From the NCBI GenBank assembly GCA_013265495.1, contig MU058198.1, positions 2,306,419-2,370,418 on the forward strand: 64,000 bases of DNA. The letters are read 5' to 3'. Below are positions 14,101 to 24,590 of this stretch, one piece after another. A program made the position numbers and the translations under genes. Position 1 is the first letter of the stretch. Each line of letters begins with the position of its first letter. This stretch comes from Vicugna vicugna (lineage: Eukaryota). Under the pieces are notes generated by a model. That model made no database searches. It saw nothing but the letters and a program-made list of their open reading frames with translations, and was not told where the DNA came from.

Positions 14101-17100
14101 AGTAAGAATTAGAAACAGCTGCTGAGAACGTAGGGCGTTGGCTGGAATACTCACCAGTAAGAACTCTGCAGCCCGATACTGATGATGGTTCCATTAGGAT
14201 GGCCGGGAACAGGGGTTATGACAGGAGGTGAAAAGGTCCTCTTCTCTGTTTTCTAGTTTGGGGATAATTACTTTATTGCTTTGACACCGGCACAAGTAAA
14301 TTTAGTACAAAATGAAAATCTAATAATACTTCAAAAAAAAAGTTTTCTCTCCTTGCCCTTTGATATGACATTGTCAACATTAGAGGAAACTATAAAGCTA
14401 AAAATAGCCACCAAATTCCAAAATTATCCACCAGAAACATTTTACGGGAGTTTAATCATTCTGCCCACCACCCTCCATCTGAGATCATCTTTCAGTTTGA
14501 AATTTTTGGACCTCCAATCCTACCATTAAGGGTTTTCTATTTAAAATTTAGAGATACAATGTTTTTTATTATTACGGTGACCACATTTGCCACAAATCCG
14601 TCATCCCAACTCCCCCACATCTTCCTAGAACCATGCATTTGATAGTTTAATAAAAGAAGAAAGCTTTTAAACAAACCAAAAAAATGGATGCTTAACAATG
14701 TTTTGAAAATTGTAAACACAATGGACTAAGTTATTTTAGGGGGCAATGGGATACGAAGAAATAGCTGATTGGGGGAAATTTGCTGTCGCTTGCCTTAATC
14801 CAGGGCATGGTGAGACACATTCAGTGTACACCCAGGGAAATGGAAGCGTATATCACAGGCCTGGAGAAGCTGATGCGGCGCTATGTCCAGAGGCTGCAGT
14901 GGCTGCTGTCTGGTGAGCCCGCCTGCTGTCCTGGAGGGCAGAGGGGCCGGAGGGGAAGTGGAAGGTCAACCCCAGGACCCCGTGATCCGCCCTTCCAAAG
15001 CCTTTGGAGGGGGTGTGGCTGTCCGGTCAGAGGCTGAGGTCGGGCAATGTGAGGCTGAATACATTCCCCATTCCTGACTCACACTTCCTGCCTGGAAGAG
15101 GGTGGAAGGCCGGTCCTGCAGCTGCTTTTTTTGGTACAAATCGAACCCCGACCTCACATACAGTTACACCCCCAATTCCATCTAATACTTCAAAACGTAC
15201 CCAGGGGATGCTGCACTGATTCACTCTGATTGTTCAACTAATGAATGTTTTTCCCCTGCTCAGGGCTGCAGAGGTGGTAGAGGAAGCACCTGGCATGGTC
15301 TCTGAGCTCATGGAGGACACAGATGTTAGGCAAAGAGCACCCGTGCAAGTGTTGGGAGGAGACGGGTGTGGTGCTGTGAGAGGGGCAGTGGGCCTGTGCT
15401 GGGAGGTCACAGAGGGCTTCCCCGAGGAGCCGAGACGTGGGGCATGAACAGATGTTACCTGAGCAGAGAAAGGAAAGATGCTCAGGGCACAACTGAGCGG
15501 GAGGGAGCTGAGCACAAGGACTAAAAGGAAGCCAGTGTGGCTGAGAGTAAAGGAAGCGGCCATGCTAGGGAGGTGAGCCATGGCCTGGACTTTGTCCTTT
15601 ATCCTAAGAGCAATGGGAAGCCACTAAATGGCTTTAAAAAGGGGGAAGTGATCAAGTTAGCATCGGCAACAATCTCTCTGGTTGCTGCGTGGAGTATAAA
15701 TTGTTGAGGGGATGGAGTGGAATCAGGGCAACCTAGGAGGGGTCTGGGGCAAGGATTAGGACAGCTGGAAGGGTAGTGGTGATGCACATGGACAAAGAAG
15801 GCAGGATGAGACTCGGGAGGCAGAAAAGATAGGGCTCGGTGGCTGGCAGTGTGTCTCCGCTGTCTGGTTCCCAGGATGGATCAGCTGGCCTTTTGGGTGG
15901 GAACCTCTTGACCTACTGGCTGGCTGGCTGTCCTCTCGGAACGTCCCTCGCGCTTCAGGACAGCTCCCCTCCTGTCCTCAGGTTGACATGAGCATTGCCA
16001 GGGAACACCACAGATGAGTCCTGGAAGACTCCTGGACAGTGGGTCCAGCCAGCTCAGGCCCCCTTTAAGTCTGGAGAGCAGTGGGCCCATTTTGCAGCAG
16101 TTTTTCCATTTTTTTTCTGCTCCTGCCTCCAGTGAGGTCTGAGGTGTGATCAGGAATGCTGGACACATTATCTTCTGCTTTTGACTTCCCCTGGGGTTAC
16201 CTCCATTTAGCTTTGGGCACCAGAAGGGCCAGGATTGGAAGCATGGATCAGAGGACCTGGGTGTGAATCTTGGCTCTCACTACCAGGCTGTGTGGCCCTG
16301 GACAAGTTGCCTGCCCTCTCTGTTTCCCCTGAGCGAAATCCCAAATCCTTTAACAACCTCTCCAGCATTCTCTCTCTCCCTCTAGCTCCTCTTTCCCATT
16401 CAGAGCCTTTCACAGGCTGTTCTCTCCACACTCACTCCTCTCTCCTCAGCCACTGCTGCTCATCCTTCAGCCTGCTCCCCACCCAACATCCATCGAATTC
16501 AGGTCCTCCCAGTACGTGTTCCTGTGGCGGTTTGTCATCACCTTCAGTGGAGTTGTAGCTGGTGGTGTATCATCTGTCTTCCTTGCCCAGCTGGCAGCTC
16601 CATGAGGGCAGGGAACCAACCCTCTCCCGTCTCCACTGCACTTTCCTCAGTGCTGGGCACCCAGTGGACACTCGCTTGATGTCTGTTGACTAATCGACAG
16701 ACTCCACGCTCTGTAACTTCGTTTCTAGCCCCGGACAAGACTGTGACACCATTTAACTTTAGGGATGGGGAAACTCAAGCCCAGAGAGGTTATCATCACT
16801 TGGATGAGTCATCACAGGCCAAGATACCACTGAAAGCTTGACCTCCCAAAGCCCAGACCACTGACTGGCTCTGCCCTTGGACAGTGACCCCTCCAGAAAC
16901 ACCACTGAGGCCATCTCCCAGTGGGTTCACATCTGACCAGTGATCAGTCAGGCAAGGGGTGTTGGGAGACCTTGAATTTGATAGCTGCAATGACGAAAAC
17001 CGCCCTCACTTCTCCCCTGCCTCTGCCCCCACCCACCTCGGAGCAGGGAGCCGCCGACTGTTCGGTACCATCTTGGAGAGCAAAGTGTGCATCCTGCTCG

Positions 17101-20100
17101 ACACGTCGGGCTCCATGGGCCCCTACCTGCAGCAGGTGAAGACAGAGCTGGTTCTGCTCATCTGGGAGCAGCTGCGGAAGTACTGTGACAGGTAAGAGGC
17201 AGGGGTGTGTGTGGGTGGGTGAGGGTCAGGAAGATCCCAGGGGTAGCTTCCGAGGTTTCTCTGGTCCAGGCCACTCCCTCTCACAGTTCCAAAGGGCTAG
17301 AGGCTTCCAAAACGCTCTTTTGAATAGCAGGAAAGAACACTGCCTTCTGTTGCAAAAGTCAAGTGGTTTTCAGAAATCCATCTCGGGTCCAGGGACAACT
17401 GCCAGCAAAGGAACCACCAGGTGGCCTTGAATCATAGATTTCAGCTGAACTTGATTATTTAAGGTTTAGGGTGGTTTGTTCTCTCTACCCAGAAGGGTTG
17501 ACTCTAAGGGGACAGCAGAAGACTCTGGTCCCAGGCTGGGGACTCATCCTTGCCTTAATATTATGTATGTATGTATGTATGTATGTATTTATTTATTTAT
17601 TTAATGGAGGTAGTGGGATTGAACCCAGGACTGCATGCATGCTAAGCATGCCCTCTACCACTGAGCTATACCCTCCCCCCTTGCCTTACTATTTAAAAGA
17701 GCAGACATTGATAGAGCACTTTCCTTGTGCCAAGCACCTTACAGGCATGATGTCATTCAGTCCTCACAGTGAGCTGATTATTACCTCCATTTTTCAGAAA
17801 AGGAAACAAGGGCTTAGAGAAGTTAAATAATTTGCCCAAGATCGCATAACCAGCAAGTGGCTAAGATGGGATTTAAATCTATCTCTGTCTGCATCCATCA
17901 CTGTGTACCTTCTCATTCTCAGGTGGTCCCCGGGGGGCCCAGGGCTCCCAGGAACAGGCATGAGCACCGGCAGGGAGGTTACTTCCCCTGGGGTCAATAT
18001 GCGTTCTAACCAATGTCTTTCTCCTCCTCCCCGCCCCCCACCTCTCCTTCTCCCCCTACCCCAGTTTTAACCTGCTCAGCTTTGCAGAGGGCCTACAGCC
18101 GTGGCAGGACACTCTGGTGGAGACCACAGACGCAGCCTGTCACGAGGCTATGCAGTGGGTGACCCACCTGCACGCTCAGGGGAGCACCTCAGTCTTGCAA
18201 GCGTTGCTGGCAAGTTCCACCTCCAAGCCCAACCCGGGAGCAAAGCAGAAATACCATCCCCCTCATCCTGATTTTGCACAAGGCTTTAGGGTTTGCAAAG
18301 AGCACTTTAGAGTTTGCTAAGTGCTAAATTGTTTCATCTTCCCAACAACCCAGTGAGAATGAGATTCTCCTTCTTCTCACTTTAGAAGTGAAGACCCAGA
18401 GGCCCAGAGAGGTTAAGTGACTTGCTTGGGCTCACCAGCTAGGAAGCAGGCCGTGCTCTTTCTCCTAAACCTTAGCAGCTTCTTTGGTCTGTCAGAGGCT
18501 GAAAGAGGAGGCCTTCATTCTTCATGACAAGTCAGATCCAATCAGACATTCTCCTTGGGGACAGCAGGCCAGGGGTCTCTGCCCTTCCTGGCTGGCCCCT
18601 CCCCTGAGCTAGACAGCCCATGTGCTCTTTCAGAAAGCTTTCAGTTTTCCTGATGTGGAAGGATTGTACCTCCTGACCGATGGGAAGCCAGACACAAGCT
18701 GCAGCCTTGTTCTCAGTGAAGTCCAAAGACTCAAGGAGAAGAGAGACGTGAAAGTGCACACCATTTCCCTGAACTGCTCGGGCAGGTGGGCAGCGAGGAG
18801 GCGGCTGGGTTGCATCCCTTCCCCACGGCCACATGTCTGAGGGGCAAGGCTGATCCTCACCTAATCCAGGGACTCACATTAGCTGCTGGGCTCTCCTGAG
18901 CCCAAATCCTGTGAGTCAGCGGTTAGGAGGGCCTAGGCAGGCATCACACCAGAAAGAGCCCCCCTCTGCACCCATGTCTGCCCACCATCAGGGTCCGCCC
19001 ACTGCCCTCCTGGCTTGTCCAGCCTGGAAATGAATTTGCCTCTATTCTCAGTCACACACCGTGTTCTCCCGTTTTGCCTTTCTTGGGGGCACATTTGTGA
19101 ACATTTAGGGGGGAAAATGTTTAAAGTAGCTGCAGTTATTTTTATAAATGATCACCACAGAAGAACATGTATTAGACGAGAGAGATTCAGCTCCTTCAGG
19201 AAAAAATAAAAACAAAACTTTACTTGGCAAAACTGTGATCACGTACATTCATCCTTAGTCTCTGTCTAAACCATGAACTCCGTAAAGGTCACACTGTGTT
19301 CCTGCCAGGTCAGACACAGAGCGGGCACTGGGTAGATGTCCAGCTAAGGAACTTTAAGGGGTGCTTTGAGGGGTCCAGGTTAAATGGTGGCCCAAATACG
19401 GTGACTCTGCTTCAGGCAGCAGCAGCAGCCACCCTGCCACCCAAAAACCGGCAGGGAGGGTGACGCCCACATGGTCTCAGTGGCACAGAGCCTCAGGGTC
19501 CAAGGCCCACTGCCTTACTGATCTGACTTCCCCAGGGGCTGAGGGCTCACAGAGAACTCGCCTGGCAGGCCAGTGGGCCCAGCCCCAGCCCTCTGCTCCT
19601 CCCCGCAGGACTGCGGTTCACTTCCTGAGAGATCTGGCCTCCCTCACCGGGGGGCGCTATCACTGCCCCGCTGGGGAGGACTCACTCTTCAAAATCCGTG
19701 GCCTGCTGACCAGGGGCTTCATCCTCCAAACGGTAAGCTGCGAAACTACTGAGTGAGGTCTGCTGAAACGGCTTGGTAACATGTCAACGGGTGTGGCTTT
19801 TCTCCTGACAAGACCTCTGCTTCTCTTGTAAAACAAAGTATTGACTAAACAGGGTTGTGTTTCCCTGTTGCTGGGAAGGGAGCAGGGCTGGGGTTGTTAA
19901 TGAGAGAATAGTTCACATTCACTGAGCACTTACTCCATGCTACAGATTTACTATTTTAAAAGAGGCAGATTACCTCTTTTAATCCTTCTAACCATTGTAT
20001 ACCCATTTAGCAGATGAACGAATGGGCTCAGCCAGGTTTAGGGATACACTGAAAGTCAGAGGAAGTGGTAAAGCCGGAGCCCAGACACCCATGTTCCTAA

Positions 20101-21609
20101 GTTCTCTGCTGTAATTCCTGCATTTTTCTGTCTCCCTTCCTTCAGTTCATTACAGCACAGATATTCAAATGATCTGTTAAGAGAGAAATCTAGTCAAGTC
20201 TTAGGTTCCATCATGCATGTGAAATAAGATCTTCCGATCTGACAGAAAAATTATGTACAGATTCATACCTTCTAGGAATTTGCTGCTGTGGATTATACCA
20301 TTTTCAGGGCAACAAATCATTCAGTAAGACAACTAACCAGAATTCCAGATCTTTTTTTTTTTTTTGGAAGTTAAAGTTTACTGTCATGGCATAAAATTTT
20401 GAAGTCAAATACTTTAAATGATGTATTTGTTCAAGTAACTGGTTTAGGGGCAAATATTGCAAATGATGCAAAGATCAGAACAAGTAAAAATAGCAGGGAG
20501 GGTCTAGCTCAGTGGTAGAGCGTGTGCCTAGCCTGTACAAGGTCCTGGGTTCAATCCCCAGTACTTCCACTAAAAATAAACAAACACCTAATTACCAGCC
20601 CCCACCTCAAAAGAACAAGTAAAAGTAATGAATGTTCACCCATATCCTTATTACATGGGAAAACAAACTTGACCGTATCATGAAGGTTCTCAGTTTAAAA
20701 CTTTATCATATCAGGTTCTTTAATGGTTTCTGGGTGCTGAGCAGGATCTCTGCCACTACTCCTCCCAGGGAGAAGGAGCGGCTTCTTCTCTTTCTTCTTG
20801 CTAATTGTGAAAACACATCCTTTTAAGGCTTGGCTCTGGGAAAGAAAAAAAAAAAAAAACGGCTAGGCTCCGGAGTTTCATTAGCTGACATAAGGAAAAA
20901 GGCATGTCTGTGAAGCTGTTTCACTAGAAGAAATAAAGAAGGGGCTGGATAGCTTTTACTAACAGCGAGATAAGGAGCATGTACCACTTCTGTTCTGCTT
21001 GACAGAGTGATGCTGACTGCAGTGGAGTCCAGGGACCCTCCTGGTTTCCACCGCCCCCTTCCTACATTCACTCTCAGACATCTCATTGCAATGTGTCCCG
21101 TTTGCAGATTGACTGCCTTGACGCCTGGTGAGCTCCTTGTCCCTGGAAAGTGCAAACGGAGGCCCACAAGACTGCCTGCCCTGGGTGGGCGGCTGCACTG
21201 AATTCGCTCTAAAATTCTCCTGAGATTTTGGATTGTCAGGTCCTAGCCAAGTCATCTAATGGATCTAACATCACATTCACTTCTCCCTTTCAAGGACCCT
21301 GGGTTGCCACTGTTTGAAGGAGACGATTTAAGGAGATTGGCCCAGGAGATCACCAAGGCCAGAAGCTTGCTTGGGCAGGCCCAGGCCCTCAGGTACGCCC
21401 GTCCAGCAGCCCCTCCCACCTGCCGCGTAGCCCCAGCCCACCTAGACCCAACCAAGTCATGGTACCCCCGCTCCAAGAGCTCCTGCCCTGCTTCTCCCCG
21501 ACAGGCCCAGAAATCTGGGCATCGGGGAACCATCTACTGTCACCTTCTGTTCACTAGGGCCCAACTCCAGAAGAAAAACAGCACAGAACCAAAGGTTGCT
21601 TCTCTGTAG
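566..21609 (+). CDS. VWA3A: von Willebrand factor A domain-containing protein 3A, 3' portion (19 coding exons, 732 aa in window; 5' exons lie upstream of the window)
   Basis: The 19 exons listed below join with consistent phases into 2199 nt (733 codons including TAG). The translation [19 protein letters not shown]...[12 protein letters not shown]...LLTDGKPD...EPKVASL* matches my recollection of VWA3A and contains two VWA modules. Confidence 0.95.
1074..1168 (+). CDS. VWA3A: VWA3A coding exon (KQLSRAM...GTVCEK)
   Basis: tttgcag| ... ag|gtacct; 95 nt, phase 0-2. Confidence 0.92.
2613..2732 (+). CDS. VWA3A: VWA3A coding exon (RVVILLDIS...FNIVA)
   Basis: ttttcag| ... gc|gtacgt; 120 nt, phase 2-2; VWA beta-strand A. 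Confidence 0.93.
3100..3510. repeat. AT-rich low-complexity tract
   Basis: Almost entirely A/T with degenerate (TA)n and ataat motifs. Confidence 0.85.
4500..4608 (-). mobile_element. tRNA-derived SINE (camelid Vic-1-like)
   Basis: Reverse complement reads gggagggtatagctcaattggtagagcacatgcttaacatgcatgaggtcctgagttcaatccccagtacctc, with A and B boxes and a cctaattac tail. Confidence 0.85.
5655..5729 (+). CDS. VWA3A: VWA3A coding exon ([12 protein letters not shown]...SAW)
   Basis: gtccaag| ... ag|gtaggt; 75 nt, phase 2-2. Confidence 0.92.
5932..6076 (+). CDS. VWA3A: VWA3A coding exon (WVLTLQC...GIPDQDT)
   Basis: ctcccag| ... acg|gtgggt; 145 nt, phase 2-0. Confidence 0.9.
6170..6335. mobile_element. 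MER5-like hAT DNA transposon remnant
   Basis: gaatcacctgg...aggttgagcctgggg...aacaag...gatgatgagactgctggtc...accac pattern typical of MER5 (recall). Confidence 0.5.
6531..6726 (+). CDS. VWA3A: VWA3A coding exon ([11 protein letters not shown]...HWFGDT)
   Basis: ccctgcag| ... g|gtgcgt; 196 nt, phase 0-1. Confidence 0.92.
6835..7010 (+). mobile_element. L1 (L1M) 3' end fragment
   Basis: gttctggggttggatggtggtgatggctgcacagccatgtaaatgcacttaatgctgctgaactgtacac...aaaaatggttaaaatagtagattttatg plus A-rich tail. Confidence 0.75.
7392..7462 (+). CDS. VWA3A: VWA3A coding exon (GIYESDD...SYSQK)
   Basis: tttgcag| ... aag|gtatgc; 71 nt, phase 1-0. Confidence 0.92.
7495..8245. mobile_element. MaLR (MLT1-like) LTR interrupted by a second LTR-like insert (~7677-8000)
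   Basis: MLT1 motifs (ccacaaacggggtggcttgaa, catattggattaagggccca, acatctgcaaag...ctatttccaa) resume after an unrelated block of about 320 bp. Confidence 0.65.
9714..9747 (+). repeat. (TG)17 microsatellite
   Basis: Perfect dinucleotide run. Confidence 0.97.
9820..9972 (+). CDS. VWA3A: VWA3A coding exon ([10 protein letters not shown]...SVARM)
   Basis: actgcag| ... atg|gtttga; 153 nt, phase 0-0. Confidence 0.87.
11148..11183 (+). repeat. (AC)18 microsatellite preceded by a short (CT)n run
   Basis: Perfect dinucleotide run. Confidence 0.97.
11369..11459 (+). CDS. VWA3A: VWA3A coding exon (SMKDDPD...GIPP)
   Basis: ttttctag| ... cag|gtaagg; 91 nt, phase 0-1. Confidence 0.9.
12127..12237 (+). 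CDS. VWA3A: VWA3A coding exon (AAAQPVKEG...GNNV)
   Basis: cctctag| ... g|gtaagt; 111 nt, phase 1-1; weak acceptor, with an alternative AG 6 nt downstream. Confidence 0.85.
12786..12883 (+). CDS. VWA3A: VWA3A coding exon (GSVYRKYP...CSSQE)
   Basis: ctcccag| ... gag|gtatta; 98 nt, phase 1-0. Confidence 0.92.
13718..13855 (+). CDS. VWA3A: VWA3A coding exon (WIANYGLKK...SMEIN)
   Basis: ttttccaaag| ... aat|gtaagt; 138 nt, phase 0-0. Confidence 0.92.
14804..14912 (+). CDS. VWA3A: VWA3A coding exon (GMVRHIQ...QWLLS)
   Basis: aatccag| ... g|gtgagc; 109 nt, phase 0-1. Confidence 0.92.
17047..17191 (+). CDS. VWA3A: VWA3A coding exon (GSRRLFG...LLDTSGSM...KYCD)
   Basis: gagcag| ... ag|gtaaga; 145 nt, phase 1-2; carries the MIDAS DxSxS motif. 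Confidence 0.93.
17563..17680 (-). mobile_element. tRNA-derived SINE (Vic-1-like) with microsatellite tail
   Basis: Same SINE body. TSD ttgccttaatatt (17550-17562) / ttgccttactatt (17681-17693). Confidence 0.9.
18065..18209 (+). CDS. VWA3A: VWA3A coding exon (SFNLLSF...LQALL), ends at a GC donor
   Basis: ccccag| ... ctg|GCaagt; 145 nt, phase 2-0. Confidence 0.88.
18634..18785 (+). CDS. VWA3A: VWA3A coding exon (KAFSF...LLTDGKPD...NCSG)
   Basis: ctttcag| ... ag|gtgggc; 152 nt, phase 0-2. Confidence 0.93.
19609..19732 (+). CDS. VWA3A: VWA3A coding exon (RTAVHFL...TGGRY...ILQT)
   Basis: ccccgcag| ... acg|gtaagc; 124 nt, phase 2-0. Confidence 0.92.
20495..20611 (+). mobile_element. tRNA-derived SINE (Vic-1-like)
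   Basis: gggagggtctagctcagtggtagag...gggttcaatcccc. TSD agaacaagtaaaaata / agaacaagtaaaagta. Confidence 0.9.
21295..21392 (+). CDS. VWA3A: VWA3A coding exon ([11 protein letters not shown]...AQAL)
   Basis: ctttcaag| ... ag|gtacgc; 98 nt, phase 0-2. Confidence 0.92.
21558..21609 (+). CDS. VWA3A: VWA3A last coding exon (RAQLQKK...VASL*); exon continues to 21623
   Basis: tcactag|; TAG at 21607-21609; cag|gtaagg donor after 21623. Confidence 0.9.
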
Positions 21610-22403
21610 AGAAGTGTTCTCAGGTAAGGGGGGAGGATGGACTCCTGACGTGTGACTGCTGGTCCAGGGCCAGGCAGCTTGCCCTGTTTCGTGGACAGTA
21701 GTAACTACAGGGAGGGATGAGACAGAATGATTCCTCTAAGTAGAAAGGCCAGCCTACAGAGAACCACTTACTGAGCACGTGGTGAGGACAAGGTGCCTTA
21801 GAAAGTCCGCAGATCAACATGATCCCAGGCACCAGGGCTCCCCGGAAGCTGAGGGAGAAAAGGCTCTCCATCTCTGGGTCCACCCTAACATTCCTACCCT
21901 GTCTCCAACACACGCTACACTCCAGTCACAAGTCTGTCACTGGCTGGGAAGTCCTGTACCAAGTCCCCTGCTTAGAACATCCTTCTGCCACCCTCTGCCT
22001 GGTGACTCCTTCTCATCCATCAAGGCACAGCACAAATGGCATCAGCTCCACTGTGACGATGTCCCTGGGACCCATCAAGAGCTGAGAGCCTCCGGCTTTC
22101 CTCCCATGGCATCCTGACCACACATCCCTCCTTAGAGAGGTGACGCTACCCCTAGCACTCCACAGCATGCTTCCTTGCTCCCTTGTCCAGCTCTTCTTGA
22201 CAATGAGCTCCCTCAAGATGAGGTTGGTGTCCTAACCATCTCTGGGTCTCCAGAACCTGCCATGTGGCAGACACGTAGTAAACAGTGAGCATGCAGCTTA
22301 ATTCTGAGAGTCCAGTTCTGGAAACCTGCCAGGTGGGATTGTTTCTGCCCTGGTCCTCTTGTTCTGTGCTCCCCCACCACCCTGGTCCATGTGGGAAATG
22401 CAG

Positions 22404-22770
22404 AGTCACCATCAGCCCATCTTGGAGGAAGAAGAAAGACATGAGCCTCACCACCCCGACCCTCTTCCCCCACCACTGCTCAAACTGAACTGAAATCTGC
22501 TCTGGAGTCTAGTCCAGAGCAAATGCTCAGCTCAAGAATGTGTAAATCGGGCTGGATCTGCTGGGCTGCCCCACTGTGCACATATGAAATGTATATGTCA
22601 TGTATCATGTCATCTAGGGTCACTTCTAAGATAGGAAAAATTGCTTTTATTTGATTAATAGGATCAAAGTTACTTTTAAACTGATGTGACCATTGGTATA
22701 TGTGTGTGTCTCTGTGTATGTAAACTTTTGGTGAGAGAAAACTTTATTAAAAGACTCATTTCTAAGATAT
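22404..22770 (+). other. VWA3A: probable non-coding terminal exon of VWA3A with poly(A) signal
   Basis: The donor at 21624 needs a downstream acceptor. Candidate aaatgcag| ends at 22403, ATTAAA is at 22746-22751, and an AATAAA at 22844 lies inside the adjacent L1 fragment. Boundaries are uncertain. Confidence 0.45.
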
Positions 22771-23380
22771 AAGAAGTCCAAATCAATAAGTAAAAGATAA
22801 ACATACTAATTTTTTAAATGGACAAAAGACTCAAACAGGTGTAAATAAACAATAGCATATGAAAATAAGTGTATATATATAGGTGCTCAACAGTCATACC
22901 CATCAGTGAAATGCAAATTAAAACTACAATGAGACACCACTACACATCCACCAGAATGGCTAGAAATAAAGGCTGATGACATCAAGACAGGGAGCAACTG
23001 AAACTGTCCTACTGCAGTGGGGGTGTAAACTGGTCCAACCACTTTGGAAAATTGGCAGTTTTTACTAAAGTAAAACACATGCCTATTCTCTGCCAGCAAT
23101 TCCACTCCAAGGGAAATGGGTACCCATGTTTGACAAAAGACATATACAAGAATGCTCGTAGCAGCTTTGTTCATAAGAGTCAGAAAATGGAAACTACTTA
23201 AAAATGCCCATCAATGGTAGAATGGACAATTAAATTGTGATATATTTGTGGAGTGGAATACTACACATCAATTTTAAAAGAACAAACTACAGCTGTATTC
23301 AACAAGATGCATCAATCTTATGAACAATGTTGGGCGAAAGAAACCAGACACAAAAGAGCACATACACAACACGTGGAATG
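22755..23380 (+). mobile_element. old L1 fragment (ORF2 3' end and 3'UTR)
   Basis: gaaatgcaaattaaaactacaatgagacaccac...actttggaaaattggcag...gcaattccactc: decayed L1 ORF2 C-terminal sequence. Confidence 0.8.
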
Positions 23381-23759
23381 GGAGAAAATATCTGCAAACG
23401 ATGCGACTGACAAGGATTAAGCAAGGTAACTTGCCACCTGGCACGTAGCGTGTGCTGGCGAAGGTTTTGCTTTTCTCTCCCCCACGCCCACCTATGCCCA
23501 AGGAGGATGTTCACATGCGTGAAGCCTTTCCGGTAGCCCTCTTCAGACCAAACTAACCAAACCTCAGCGCTCTGAGTCAGCTCTGGGAGCACAGCCCCCC
23601 GGAGGTCTGTTACAGCAGCTGTGCCTGCTGTTGGGCACATGTCTGCCCCTCTGCCACTGCCACTTGCAAATGAGTTTTCCAGGGATGATGTGATCCATCT
23701 GGGTCCCCAGTGCAAGGGAAGGGACAGCACTGAGGAATCACCTATTACAGGTGGAATGA

Positions 23760-24090
23760 TGGCAGCGGAGACTGGATAACCTGGAAATGGGCGAAAGGAC
23801 ACAAGAAAGGAAGAGATGATAGATGGGTGGCAGGGAGGAAAAAAAGATGTTTGGAATGAATTCGATGGATAGGTGGAAAGACAGAATTACAGGTGAATAG
23901 ATGAATGGACAAAAAATAGTTTAAAATTGGTGGAACACTGGAGAATAACAAAGAGATAGGATGGAAGAATAGGTGGGATAATGAATATATAAAAGAGAGG
24001 AAGAAGGGAGGGAGGGTGGGCAGAAAGGCTGGAGGCTGGCTGAACAGACAGGACTCTGCGAGAAGACATGGATGGGTAGGTGGGTGGAGA
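23760..24090 (+). repeat. purine-rich (GA/ATGG) low-complexity tract
   Basis: Degenerate gatgg/ggaa/gaat repeats immediately upstream of the CpG island. Confidence 0.6.
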
Positions 24091-24119
24091 AACAACCGTT
24101 TCGTGGGGCTGTAGGCCGT

Positions 24120-24590
24120 CTATGCGGGCAGGACAGGGCCCGGCACGCAGGGCCTTCGCTTCCTTTCCCCAGCTACATCGCGGCCCATTTTACCTTCGAC
24201 CCGCCTCAGTTTCCCCTCTGTGAGAGCCAGCGGGTCCCGCCTTAGAGACGTGTCGTGGGCGGGCAGAGACGGAGAAAACCCGCGCGGGGCGGGCGCGGGG
24301 CGGGCGCGGGGCGGTCCGGGGAGCCCAGTCCGGCCCCGCCCCGAGGAGGCGGCGGCCCGGCCGCGCGGAGCCCGGCGCGTAGACGGACGGACACGCGGGC
24401 GCAGCCGGGAGCACGCAGCGCTGCGGAAGCCCGGGCGGGTGAGCGCAGCCGGGGCGGGGCCGGGGGCGCGGGCGGGGGCGCGCGCAGGGAGGGCCCGACC
24501 CCGAGCTGCCCCGCCGGCCGATCTTGGCGTGGGGGACCCGCTCCTGCCAGCCCTGCGAGGCCGACACGCCCGGGGTCTGTCCCTACCGCT
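24120..24590 (+). promoter_or_regulatory. SDR42E2: CpG-island promoter of SDR42E2 with tandem GC boxes; probable non-coding exon 1 ending at 24438
   Basis: Very CpG-dense. Three tandem gcgcggggcgg units at 24282-24314. Donor cgg|gtgagc at 24439. Next strong acceptor tttttccctacag| ends at 26285. Confidence 0.8.
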
